Source: Ostreococcus lucimarinus (taxonomy: Eukaryota). Taken from it: a stretch of DNA of 64,000 bases. Both the position numbers and the translations under genes were made by a program. Shown piece after piece: positions 1 to 8,651 of the stretch; positions within the stretch are counted from its first letter, which is position 1, and each line of letters opens with the position of its first letter. The notes under the pieces are model-generated. The model did no database searches. It was not told the origin of the DNA and saw nothing but the letters and a program-made list of their open reading frames with translations. The stretch lies in assembly GCA_000092065.1 (NCBI GenBank), contig CP000586.1, one strand, 5' to 3'.

Positions 1-76
1 TTCGGCGCGAATTCCAATCGAAATTGAACCAATCGCATCGAGACTGACGCGCGCGCTCGACGCGCTCGACGCGCAG

Positions 77-685
77 GTCGTGCTCCTGGGCGAGGGACGC
101 GTTGGAAAGACGTCATTGCTGCTGCGGTACGTCGAGAACACGTTCTCGGAGACGCAGACGCCGACGGTGCAGGCGACGTATCTGAGCAAGAGAGTCGCGC
201 TGGAAAACGACGGCGCGGCGACGCTCAACGTGTGGGATACGGCGGGACAAGAGCGGTTTCACGCGCTCGGACCGATATATTATCGCGATGCGGACGCGGC
301 CGTGTTGGTGTACGACATCACGGATAGCGATTCGTTCGATAGGGTGAAGAGTTGGGTGAAGGAGTTGAGACAAATCGCCGGGAGCGAGATTTCGCTGGCG
401 GTGTGCGCGAATAAGAGCGATTTGGAACGGGCGAGAAAGGTGTCGCAGAGCGATGGGGAGACGTACGCGAAGAGTATTGGGGCGGCGTTCTTTAGTACGA
501 GCGCGAAGGCGGATAAGGGCGTGGCGCAGGCGTTCATGAGCGTGGCCACGGCGTTGGACGCGAAGCGAGGCAAGTCGGCGGCGGGCGGCGGCGGCGCGGG
601 CACAAAGACGAGCGGTGTCGGTCGAAGTCGGTCGTTGAAGATTGCGGAGGAAGAGATGAAACCGCGCGGTGGCGATTGCTGCTAA
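77..685 (+). CDS. RAB21: Rab21-like small GTPase, 5' partial. Its first exon or start codon lies upstream of the window. A probable intron acceptor sits at ...cgcag|GTC, position 76/77.
   Basis: Contains LLGEGRVGKTS (P-loop), WDTAGQERF (switch II), NKSDL and SAK motifs, and a C-terminal CC prenylation site. The overall match to Rab21 is strong. The frame is open back to position 2 with no Met. Upstream sequence at 1-76 is AT-richer and carries a ctgac branch-like motif. Confidence 0.75.
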   Translation, partial: VVLLGEGRVGKTSLLLRYVENTFSETQTPTVQATYLSKRVALENDGAATLNVWDTAGQERFHALGPIYYRDADAAVLVYDITDSDSFDRVKSWVKELRQIAGSEISLAVCANKSDLERARKVSQSDGETYAKSIGAAFFSTSAKADKGVAQAFMSVATALDAKRGKSAAGGGGAGTKTSGVGRSRSLKIAEEEMKPRGGDCC

Positions 686-736
686 GATTACTGCGGACTC
701 TATTTAATCCAACACTAGCCTACGTAGACACCAGAA

Positions 737-1792
737 CTAAAAGATGTTCCACATCGCGACGGTGCCGTCTCGAGACGTGCTCACTAAAAACGAATCATCG
801 GGAGCGAACAGAACGTCCGTCACCGTGGCGTCGTGATACTTCAACACCGCTAACAGTCGACCTTTCGACCTCGCTTTGTACTCGAACACGCGGATCTTGC
901 CGTCCCAACAACCACACGCGACGATTTTGCCATCGCGGCGAATTGAACACGCGCTCACGCCCGGTTGCTTGCTCGATGCGCTCACGACATCCGTGTACGG
1001 GCCGTGCGTACGGAGGACGCGCACGTTCACTTCAGATTTCGTCACGAACTCGATGGCGTAGCGCACCAGCACGCCGTCGGCACCGCCCGTGACGGCGCCC
1101 TCTCCGCCCGCGTCGACGTCGACGCACAGCGCCGTCTCCCCGTGCGCGCGTCTCCTAAACACAATCTCCCCGACCCCACTCTCGAAATTCAACGCCCAAA
1201 GAATGACCGTTCCATCCTCGTACCCCGCCAGCAAGTGCGTCGAGCGCACGAACCGCACACACATGACGACGCCGATTTTGGGATCGTCGTCGTCGTCCTC
1301 CGAGCCAACCGCCGGCGTCCCGCACGCGACGTTCCCATTCGACGCCCGCATCACCACGATCGTCCCTCGCGCGTCCCCGGCGAACGCGATGAGATCATCA
1401 CAATCGCTCGCGACTCGACAGAATCCGTGCACGCGCGTGTACACCGCGCGTTCGACCATCTCCGTCGCGTCGCCGTCGTCGCCGTCGCCGCGACGCCAAA
1501 ACTTCAACGACCCATCCTTCCCTTGCGTCACCCGCATCGCTCGCGACGACGTCGACGCGTCACCGGTCGTCCTGATCGCGACGTCGCGCATGGCGAGCAC
1601 GCCCGACGCGGGCGCGTGCGCCTGTCGTCGTCCGACTGCGCGGCGCGTCGTCGTGTCCCACGTCACGATGACGCCGTCGGCGTCGCCGGTCTCGAGCGCG
1701 CGCGCGCCGCGACGGGCGTCGAACGACGCGCACTGCGCGTCCGTCGCGTGCGCGCGCAAAACGACGGGATCGGGCGGGGGATTAGGCGGCAT
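737..1792 (-). CDS. WD40-repeat protein (GNB1L/WDR-like beta-propeller).
   Basis: ATG verified at 1792-1790. The protein has multiple WD-like blades (GxxDGxIxxWD, STSRDGTVAMWNIF). It ends convergently 52 bp from the Rab21 stop. Confidence 0.6.
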   Translation of the reverse strand: MPPNPPPDPVVLRAHATDAQCASFDARRGARALETGDADGVIVTWDTTTRRAVGRRQAHAPASGVLAMRDVAIRTTGDASTSSRAMRVTQGKDGSLKFWRRGDGDDGDATEMVERAVYTRVHGFCRVASDCDDLIAFAGDARGTIVVMRASNGNVACGTPAVGSEDDDDDPKIGVVMCVRFVRSTHLLAGYEDGTVILWALNFESGVGEIVFRRRAHGETALCVDVDAGGEGAVTGGADGVLVRYAIEFVTKSEVNVRVLRTHGPYTDVVSASSKQPGVSACSIRRDGKIVACGCWDGKIRVFEYKARSKGRLLAVLKYHDATVTDVLFAPDDSFLVSTSRDGTVAMWNIF

Positions 1793-1869
1793 GGAGTGAC
1801 GCGCGCGACGCGGCGGTTGGAGAAGGGAGCGACGGCGAAACTAAGAAAGCAAAGCTGGAACTAAACGCG

Positions 1870-2712
1870 CTACAGCGCGCGAACGACGGCTCGAGCGATT
1901 TGTGAAGGCTTGGAAAAGTGCGAGACGGCGCTGGGGAAATCGAACGGCGCGACCGGGGAACCGCTCGGGGAAATGGAGACGCGCGCGACGGCTTCGGATT
2001 TGACGGTCCACTTACTCGTCAATGCGCTCGGACGCCGCCAAGGCGGAATGTCCAAACCACTCTCGCGGAAAGAGTTGATCATGTGCGTCGACATGAAGAA
2101 GACAATTTCGCTCAGCTGCGCGTACGTGCCGACGAAGGCTGTGGGCATGGACTCCACGAGGCGCGCGTACTGCGCGGTGGCCCGGCCGACGACAAAGTGC
2201 GAGCGCAAGTTGGGCTCGATGATGATGCGCTCGTCCGCAGACGCGTACGCTAGAGCGTGTGCATCGCTATCGCCAATAAGCACGCTCGGCGGTAACCAAA
2301 GGAACGAGTGATTGAGCTTTTTCAAGGCGTCGCTGACGTCACCTTCGCGCGGCGTCTCGCTCGTCGCCCGCTCGAGTCGACCAAACTTCACCGGATCGTT
2401 TTCGCGCAGCTTCATCATCAACTCCTCTAAACCACTTTCGCGCACGTGTGAAACGCGCGAATCATCCTTGAACGCGTCTAAACCAATCTCTCGGACCGCC
2501 CACTTCAACGCCTTGAGCGTGCGATACGCCTCCTCGCCCCTGGGCGTGCACAAAAGTCGAGCGGTGCGAACGACGACCGCCGACACGTCGAACCCGACCG
2601 TCGTCGCGCCATCATCGCGACGCGGCGTGCGATCGCGCTCGAAATCCATCGCGTCTTCCTCGAAGAGCATATCGAATTCCATGTCCCCCATCGACGGCGC
2701 CGGTTGATTCAT
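1870..2712 (-). CDS. DUF506 / PDDEXK-nuclease-fold family protein (plant-specific). The start is taken at the internal Met (MNQPAP...). The listed ORF extends to 2961 through CG-rich low complexity.
   Basis: ERIIIEPNLRSHFVVGRATAQYARLVESMPTAFVGT resembles the DUF506 core (IVDIDFRSEFEIARPT...). The N-terminus is acidic. Confidence 0.45.
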   Translation of the reverse strand: MNQPAPSMGDMEFDMLFEEDAMDFERDRTPRRDDGATTVGFDVSAVVVRTARLLCTPRGEEAYRTLKALKWAVREIGLDAFKDDSRVSHVRESGLEELMMKLRENDPVKFGRLERATSETPREGDVSDALKKLNHSFLWLPPSVLIGDSDAHALAYASADERIIIEPNLRSHFVVGRATAQYARLVESMPTAFVGTYAQLSEIVFFMSTHMINSFRESGLDIPPWRRPSALTSKWTVKSEAVARVSISPSGSPVAPFDFPSAVSHFSKPSQIARAVVRAL

Positions 2713-3200
2713 CGTCCCGCGCTCGCGCGCGACGGCCGCCGTCTCGACGACGTCGCGTCGTTTCGAGAATATTCTAAGATTATTCCACCCGTCCGCGCGC
2801 GTCGCGTCGCCGATCGCGCGCGCGCGCGCGTCTCCGCGCGCGCGCGAGCTCGACGAACGCGCGTTCGCGCTCGCGCCGCGTCCCGCGTCCCGCGCCGCGC
2901 GCGTCGCGTCGCGTCGTGACGCCGTCGCCGCGCGCGTCGCGTCGAGAATACTAAACGTCACTTTAAATCCGTGTTTTCAGCAAGTCTTGAAAGACGTTCG
3001 CCGCCGGCGCGGCGCGCGCGCGCGAGTCCGCGACGCGCGCGCGCGTCGCGTCCGACGTCGCCGACGTCGCCGATCGAAGGCCGGGACTAGGATCGACGCG
3101 CGCGCGACGCGCGCGGGCCAAGGCGCGGCGGCAGACGCGCGAGGCGACGCGAGAGGAGGCCGAGCGCAGCATTCGATTCGAGCGGCGCGGCGCGCGGTCG

Positions 3201-3779
3201 ATGGCTGGTGGTGAAACGCCCGCGACGAGGGCGAAGCGCACGCGCGAGGAAAACACGCCGTCGCCGAAACCGAAGCCGGCGTACGACCCGGCGTTCGAGG
3301 TTGAGGTGGATCGGGGAGACGCGGGAGGGGCGACAACGTCGACGGGCGCGGCGACGGAGGAGGAGTATTCGGACGAGGGGCGATCGACGCGCGAGGGATC
3401 GGTGGACGAACGCGCGGGACCGTCGAAACCGGATTATTATCAGATTTTGGGCGTCGCGTTCGACTCGACGGAGGGCGAGATTCGAAGAGCGTATTTGAAG
3501 AGCGCGCTTCGATTTCATCCGGACAAGCACGGCGATACGTTGGAGGCGAAGCGACGGTTTCAAGAGATTGGTGAGGCGTATCACGTGTTGAGCGACCCCG
3601 GGCGTAGGACGGAGTACGACGACGCGGCGGAGTATTACGTCGACGACTTTGGCGTCGAGGAGTATTTGTTGAGGTTCCGCACCTTTGTGCTCACGTCGCA
3701 AGGTTTGAGCATCGGCTCTTATTTGGGCGACGAAGAAGACGAGGTGCACGAAGAAATATTAGAATTTCTTCGCGGTTAA
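3201..3779 (+). CDS. J-domain (DnaJ-like) protein.
   Basis: DYYQILGV...IRRAYLKSALRFHPDKH carries the HPD motif. ATG at 3201, TAA at 3777-3779. Confidence 0.7.
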   Translation: MAGGETPATRAKRTREENTPSPKPKPAYDPAFEVEVDRGDAGGATTSTGAATEEEYSDEGRSTREGSVDERAGPSKPDYYQILGVAFDSTEGEIRRAYLKSALRFHPDKHGDTLEAKRRFQEIGEAYHVLSDPGRRTEYDDAAEYYVDDFGVEEYLLRFRTFVLTSQGLSIGSYLGDEEDEVHEEILEFLRG

Positions 3780-3806
3780 GGAAGACGGCAGCGCGCGCCG
3801 AAGAAG

Positions 3807-4388
3807 ATGCAGGTCGAAGTTCAGAAGCGCGCCCGCTCGGCGTGCACGACGTTCAAGGCGTTGAAGAGCGAATGGGACGAAGTGCGCGGCGAGGCGCAGG
3901 ACGCGATGACGGTTTTCGCGAACGCAAACTTAGAGTTGCGCACCGTGGATGATTTGTCGTTCCCCGAGACGTTGTCGGAAGTCGACGTGCGAGAGGCGTT
4001 GCGGGCGAAGCGAAACGCGGCGTTCGAAGCGGCGGACAAGCGTCTGGACGAGCGCCGAGCGGACGTCGAGGAGATACGTCGAGACTTTGAAAAGCTCGCC
4101 AACGTGGAAAAGTATTTCGCATCGTCGATCGTGGATTACCCGGATGACGGCGCGTTGTTTCGCACGATGACGTTCAAGAGCTTTCGGCGCGCGTTTTCCG
4201 CCGTCGCGCAAACGTTTGTGGACGATTTAAAAGCCAAGGAGAAGATTATGGACAAGCTTTCGGCGACGAAGGACGATCGGAGCGCCGCGTTGGTGTTGAT
4301 TTCTGCGTTTGCGCTCGATCCACTGATTGAGCAAGACTTACTAGACGAGTTCGAGTCCCTCGTATTGAAGAACGAGCTCGGAGGGTGA
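3807..4388 (+). CDS. Hypothetical alpha-helical protein. It is in the same frame as the J-domain ORF and separated from it only by one TAA.
   Basis: ATG at 3807. The interval 3780-3806 has no further stop in frame. No family recognised. Confidence 0.35.
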   Translation: MQVEVQKRARSACTTFKALKSEWDEVRGEAQDAMTVFANANLELRTVDDLSFPETLSEVDVREALRAKRNAAFEAADKRLDERRADVEEIRRDFEKLANVEKYFASSIVDYPDDGALFRTMTFKSFRRAFSAVAQTFVDDLKAKEKIMDKLSATKDDRSAALVLISAFALDPLIEQDLLDEFESLVLKNELGG

Positions 4389-5036
4389 GCGCACTAGGCG
4401 ACGCTCGAGCGTCCGTCGCGTCGACCGACTGAACGCGAAAGCACCCTCGATAACATCGCAGCGCTCGACGTGGCGTGATTTAGACATTTCTTTGTAAAAA
4501 CGACGATGAAAACAAAAAGTGAGTGACCGAATACGGCAAGACCTCGAAAACAATGGACGCTCTCGAGCGTTTGAAGAGCGAAATGGCGAGGGGACATCGA
4601 GCCCAAAGAGAGGGACGAAAAAGCGACGCTCGACGCTCAGGCCAAGGCGCTCCTCGAGAACGCGAAGCGACTTATCGACGCACTAGGCCTGATTGCTCAC
4701 AATCATATAAGGTATAGCTCGCATCGAGCCGAAAAAGGCGGCGGCGCGGGTGCGTTCCAGGTGGACAGAACAACCGCGCTGCGCGCGAAAGACGTGCGGT
4801 ACGTGTGGGAAGTCGTGCTTCCTTACGTTCGTAGTGGCCGAACGTTGGTGGCATGGCGGACGGTGTTGAGCAAAAAGACAGAGAACGCGGACATTTCGTA
4901 CGCGGATACGAGCTCACGGGGGCGGCATTGGTTTGTTCCGACCGTCGGGTGTGACGGCGAAAGTTACGGGTTCCCACGGACAATCGGGTATGGGATGCAG
5001 TAAAATAAAATAAAAAATAGTCGGTAAATGATGGGG

Positions 5037-5043
5037 AAAAAAA
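5037..5043 (-). terminator. RNA polymerase III terminator (T7 on the tRNA strand).
   Basis: An A7 run on the plus strand lies immediately 3' of the tRNA on the minus strand. Confidence 0.6.
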
Positions 5044-5056
5044 GTCTACGGTGTGA

Positions 5057-5128
5057 TGCTGAATAGGAGGTTCGAACTCCTGATCGCCTCCTTACTAAAG
5101 AGGCGCCTTACCACTTGGCCAATTCAGC
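5057..5128 (-). tRNA. tRNA-Thr(AGU): tRNA-Thr (anticodon AGU), 72 nt.
   Basis: The minus strand reads GCTGAAT-TG-GCCAAGTGGTAAGGCG-CCTCT-TTAGTAA-GGAGG-CGATC-AGGAG-TTCGAAC-CTCCT-ATTCAGC-A. It has a 7-bp acceptor stem, a 5-bp T stem, a TTCGAAC T-loop and a U33-AGT-A37 anticodon loop. A T7 run follows 13 nt downstream. Confidence 0.8.
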
Positions 5129-5214
5129 TCGCGGACTGATCGACCGAAATCGGCCACAGTACGAATCACTACGACCCAAATGACGCTAAACGTCCTGGAG
5201 TCGAGCCGAGCCGT

Positions 5215-5817
5215 GTGTTCGCGCGAATGTTACAGTCCGACGTTACGGTTCGCCGCGCGGCCGCGCGACCTCGTCCCGTCCCTCGTCGTCTCGTCGCACA
5301 CGCGCGCGCGATGGCGTCCGCGTCCGCGCGCGCGTCGCACATGCGTCGAAACTCCTCCCTCCAGGACGTTCGCGCCTTCGTCAAGCACTTTCCCGAGCAT
5401 CTGAGCTGGCGCGCGCAGCGCGAGTCGTTCGCGCACGAGGCGATGCAGTACGCGCTGTGGATCCCGTTCGCGATCGGGGCGTACGCGATGCACCTGCGCA
5501 CGCTTTCGTACTTGTTCGCGACGTGGTTCGTACTGGGTGAGATGATGCTGGTGTACACGCACGAGGCGCACCGGAAAGTCCTTCGCGGACTGCGCTGGTG
5601 GCACATCGCGATCGGCATCGGCGCGGGCGTGCTGTACCGAGGCGCGCCGCTGGTGGGGACGTTCGGACGGTTCGTCGTGGATTACGTGTTTTGGGGAGTG
5701 ATAGCCATGGCGTGCGTGTTTCCGTTGGTGCCGAAGACGTTTCGCGCGGACGTGCCGGATTTGGTGTACATGTTGGGATTCTTGCGGAAACCGACGGAGG
5801 GGCGCAAGAGCGCGTAG
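5215..5817 (+). CDS. Hypothetical multi-pass membrane protein with an Arg-rich N-terminal presequence.
   Basis: The ORF encodes 3-4 predicted TM helices (WIPFAIGAYAMHL, WWHIAIGIGAGVLY, VFWGVIAMACVFPLV). The start could be the internal Met MASASARAS. TAG at 5815-5817. Confidence 0.35.
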   Translation: MFARMLQSDVTVRRAAARPRPVPRRLVAHARAMASASARASHMRRNSSLQDVRAFVKHFPEHLSWRAQRESFAHEAMQYALWIPFAIGAYAMHLRTLSYLFATWFVLGEMMLVYTHEAHRKVLRGLRWWHIAIGIGAGVLYRGAPLVGTFGRFVVDYVFWGVIAMACVFPLVPKTFRADVPDLVYMLGFLRKPTEGRKSA

Positions 5818-5875
5818 ACGACGCGCCGTCGAACAATTAATTGTCTAGCCTATGAAATGTAGTACCACAATGTCG

Positions 5876-8617
5876 CTATGCGCCGGCGAGAAGCTCTTCG
5901 ACGCGCTTTCTTTTCAACTTTTCCGTGATTTCATCCAACAGAAACCCATCCATGAGTGCGTTGACGTCGGAAATCGTCCCCTCGACGCGATGGTCCTTGA
6001 CTCGACCTTGCGCGAAGTTGTACGTTCGAATCCGTTCGCTTCGATCACCCGTACCGATCAACGAGCTTCGCAGCTCGCTTCGCTCTTTCGCCATCTTCTC
6101 GCGCTCTAAGTCGTACAATCGCGCCTTGAGCACGCTGAACGCCTTGGCTTTGTTCTTGTGCTGGCTTCGCTCGTCTTGGATCACGACTTGGATCCCCGTC
6201 GGCGCGTGCGTGAGGCGAACCGCGGAGTTGGTGGTATTGACGTGCTGACCACCAGCGCCGCTGGCGCGCATGGTGTCGATGCGAACATCCTCCTCTTTGA
6301 TGTCCATCTCCACCTCTTCCGCATGCGGAAGCACCGCGATGGACGCTGTGCTCGTGTGCACTCTGCCTTGCGTCTCCGTCTCGGGCACGCGCTGCACGCG
6401 ATGGACGCCGGATTCAAACTTCAACCTCCCAAATACGCCTTTGCCTAGAATTTCAGCGCTCGCTTCTCGAACGCCCTTACCATCGGTCTCACTCACGTTC
6501 AACGTATCGAACCTCCAACCGCTCTTTCTCGCGTGTAAGGCATACATGCGGAACAGCTCGGCGGCGAAGAGCGCGGCTTCGTCGCCGCCCGCGCCGGCGC
6601 GAACCTCTAAAATCGCGCCCCGATCGTCTGCGTCGTCGTGAGGCAAGAAAAGCAGCTGCAGCGCTAGCTCTTGATCGGGTAAATCGATGTCAACGGCGCG
6701 CAGCTCCTCGCGCGCGAGCTCGGCAAGCTCTTTAGAATCACCCCCGCTCGACGCGTCTCGCACCAATTCCTCGAGAGACGCCTTTTCGGCGCGAAGCTTT
6801 TTGACGACTTCATACTGCTCCGCGATGGGTTCAATTCGGCTGAGTTCCTTGTTTGCTTCGACAACGCGATCGATATCGACGCCTTGGCGCGAGATGAGCG
6901 CGATCAATTCCTCTCGTCGCCGCAGCGCGGCTTCGCCTCTTTCCTCCAAGGCGTCCGTCGAAGACGTCGAAGACGAGTACGACCTCGTTCCGGCCATCGC
7001 GCGCTCGAGCGTCGATCCGACGCGCACGAGCCGAGCTTCTCGGAATTTTGGCGCGATCATTTGCATACCAATGGGTAAGCCGCTCGCCCTCGAGCGCCCA
7101 GCGGGCATGGACATCGCGGGTAAACCCGCGAGCGATGCGGGCACCGTCATGACGTCGGCGGCGTACGTTTGCGCCGGACTCAGTGCCTCGACGTCGGAAA
7201 GTTTTGGTGCCGTCGACACGCTGGATGGTGTGAGCAACACATCTACGCCACCGCCTTCGCCGCCGAACACGTTTGTAAAGTCGTCCGACACCAATCTTCG
7301 AACCTTTTGCGCCTTTTCAAAGTATTCCGCCGCGCGCGCGCTGCTCAGGGCAAACGCGCCGACTGTGACGCGGCGACGAACCTCGTCGCCGAAACCCAAG
7401 CTTCGCGCCTTCGCGATGGCGCTTTGAAACTCTTCAGCAAGATATTCTTCTCGCGAAAGGTCACGCGTGAGGTCACCGTAGCGCATACCGTCGTAACGTG
7501 CGAGATTACTCGACGCCTCGGCCGGGGCGAGGACGTAGTAACACGGCAACGCCGCCTCGGTGTGCGGCATGTTGACGCGCACAATTTCCGCCCCGAGCGC
7601 CTCCATCGCGCGCACCATTTCGTTCCACGCGTCATACACTTCTTGAGTCAATTCGCTCACCGCGTATTCCTCTGGAACGCCCACGCGCAAGCCCTTCAAA
7701 GATGCTGCTTTTGGCGTCGTCTCGTCGACGAATTCGAGCGCCGCCGCGTCTAAATCCTCGCACCGCGCCACCGTCGTCGCGTCCAGGGCGTCCTCGCCCT
7801 GAATCGCCGCGAGCACGACCCCAGCATCACTCACCGTCCGCGCTAAAACCCCCACCGTGTCCAACGAGCTACAATACGACACGAGACCGAACCTACTCAC
7901 CCTGCCGTACGTCGGCTTCAATCCGACCGCGCCGCAATACGCCGCGGGCAATCGCACGCTCCCCCCCGTATCGCTTCCGAGCGCGTAAAACGCCGAACCG
8001 TTCACAACCGCCGCCGCGGACCCCCCGCTCGACCCCCCGCTCGACCTTTCGCCGTCCGACGACGTCGGATTCAGCGTCGTCTGCCCCGACGTCCGCGTGT
8101 GACTCCCCATGCCGAACTCGTCCATGTTCGTCTTCCCAATCAACACCCCCCCCAGCGCGCGCAACCGCGCGATCGCCGTCGCCTCGATCGGCGATTCGTA
8201 CCCCTCCAAAATCCTCGATCCCGCGCTCGTCGTCCCGACGTTCGCGCACAGATTATCCTTCGCCGCGAACGGGACGCCGTCGAGCGCGCTCGCTCGCCGC
8301 CTCGCCTCCCCATCCGCCTCGCCTTCCGTCTCGCCCCGCTCTCGCCGCGCGTCCGACGCGCGCGCGTCCGCCAGCGCGCGTCTCGCGTGCGCGTCTCGCG
8401 ACGCGGCGCTCCCGACGAACGCGCGCGACGTGAGCGCGTCCGCGTCGACGCGACGCGCGCAGTGCGAGAGCAGGTCGACCGCGGTCAGCGCGCGCGCGTC
8501 GAGCGCGCGCGCGGCTTCGGCGACGGTGCGCGGCCACGACGCCGCGGACGTGGACGCGGTCGCGTTCGAGCGCGCGCGCGCGACGCCGCGCGCGGCGCGT
8601 CGCGCGTGGACGCGCAT
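5876..8617 (-). CDS. gatA-prfA fusion: Glutamyl-tRNA(Gln) amidotransferase subunit A (GatA, amidase signature) fused in frame to a class-I peptide chain release factor of RF1 type. A Ser/Thr-rich linker of about 15 aa joins the two. The protein is probably organelle-targeted.
   Basis: GatA is supported by FAAKDN, GGSSGGSAAAV, GSDTGGSVRLPAAYCG and a complete C-terminus (GLPIGMQMIAPKF...LVRVGSTLERA). RF1 is supported by a PET tripeptide (RF1-type PxT, not SPF), GGQ (SGAGGQHVNTT) and RTYNF motifs. No stop codon occurs between the two. The start is taken at Met 217 of the listed ORF (ATG 8617-8615), giving a ~45-aa Arg/Ala/Ser presequence. An internal Met at 6997-6995 would give a stand-alone RF1 with no targeting peptide. 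Confidence 0.6.
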   Translation of the reverse strand: MRVHARRAARGVARARSNATASTSAASWPRTVAEAARALDARALTAVDLLSHCARRVDADALTSRAFVGSAASRDAHARRALADARASDARRERGETEGEADGEARRRASALDGVPFAAKDNLCANVGTTSAGSRILEGYESPIEATAIARLRALGGVLIGKTNMDEFGMGSHTRTSGQTTLNPTSSDGERSSGGSSGGSAAAVVNGSAFYALGSDTGGSVRLPAAYCGAVGLKPTYGRVSRFGLVSYCSSLDTVGVLARTVSDAGVVLAAIQGEDALDATTVARCEDLDAAALEFVDETTPKAASLKGLRVGVPEEYAVSELTQEVYDAWNEMVRAMEALGAEIVRVNMPHTEAALPCYYVLAPAEASSNLARYDGMRYGDLTRDLSREEYLAEEFQSAIAKARSLGFGDEVRRRVTVGAFALSSARAAEYFEKAQKVRRLVSDDFTNVFGGEGGGVDVLLTPSSVSTAPKLSDVEALSPAQTYAADVMTVPASLAGLPAMSMPAGRSRASGLPIGMQMIAPKFREARLVRVGSTLERAMAGTRSYSSSTSSTDALEERGEAALRRREELIALISRQGVDIDRVVEANKELSRIEPIAEQYEVVKKLRAEKASLEELVRDASSGGDSKELAELAREELRAVDIDLPDQELALQLLFLPHDDADDRGAILEVRAGAGGDEAALFAAELFRMYALHARKSGWRFDTLNVSETDGKGVREASAEILGKGVFGRLKFESGVHRVQRVPETETQGRVHTSTASIAVLPHAEEVEMDIKEEDVRIDTMRASGAGGQHVNTTNSAVRLTHAPTGIQVVIQDERSQHKNKAKAFSVLKARLYDLEREKMAKERSELRSSLIGTGDRSERIRTYNFAQGRVKDHRVEGTISDVNALMDGFLLDEITEKLKRKRVEELLAGA

Positions 8618-8651
8618 CGATCGAGCGAAGACGAGACGGTTGCGGCACACA

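Noticed and set aside
2700-3200. CGCG-dense tracts at 2700-3200, 22240-22650 and similar. I considered CRISPR-like or satellite arrays.
   Set aside because: They show no regular repeat-spacer periodicity. They are CpG-rich low-complexity promoter or 5'-end sequence between divergent genes. CRISPR is not expected in a eukaryote.
6995-6997. Separate RF1 gene starting at the internal Met (MAGTRSYSSS...).
   Set aside because: It is not excluded. It is disfavoured because no stop terminates GatA and because an organellar RF1 would then lack any presequence. It is kept as the alternative in the finding.
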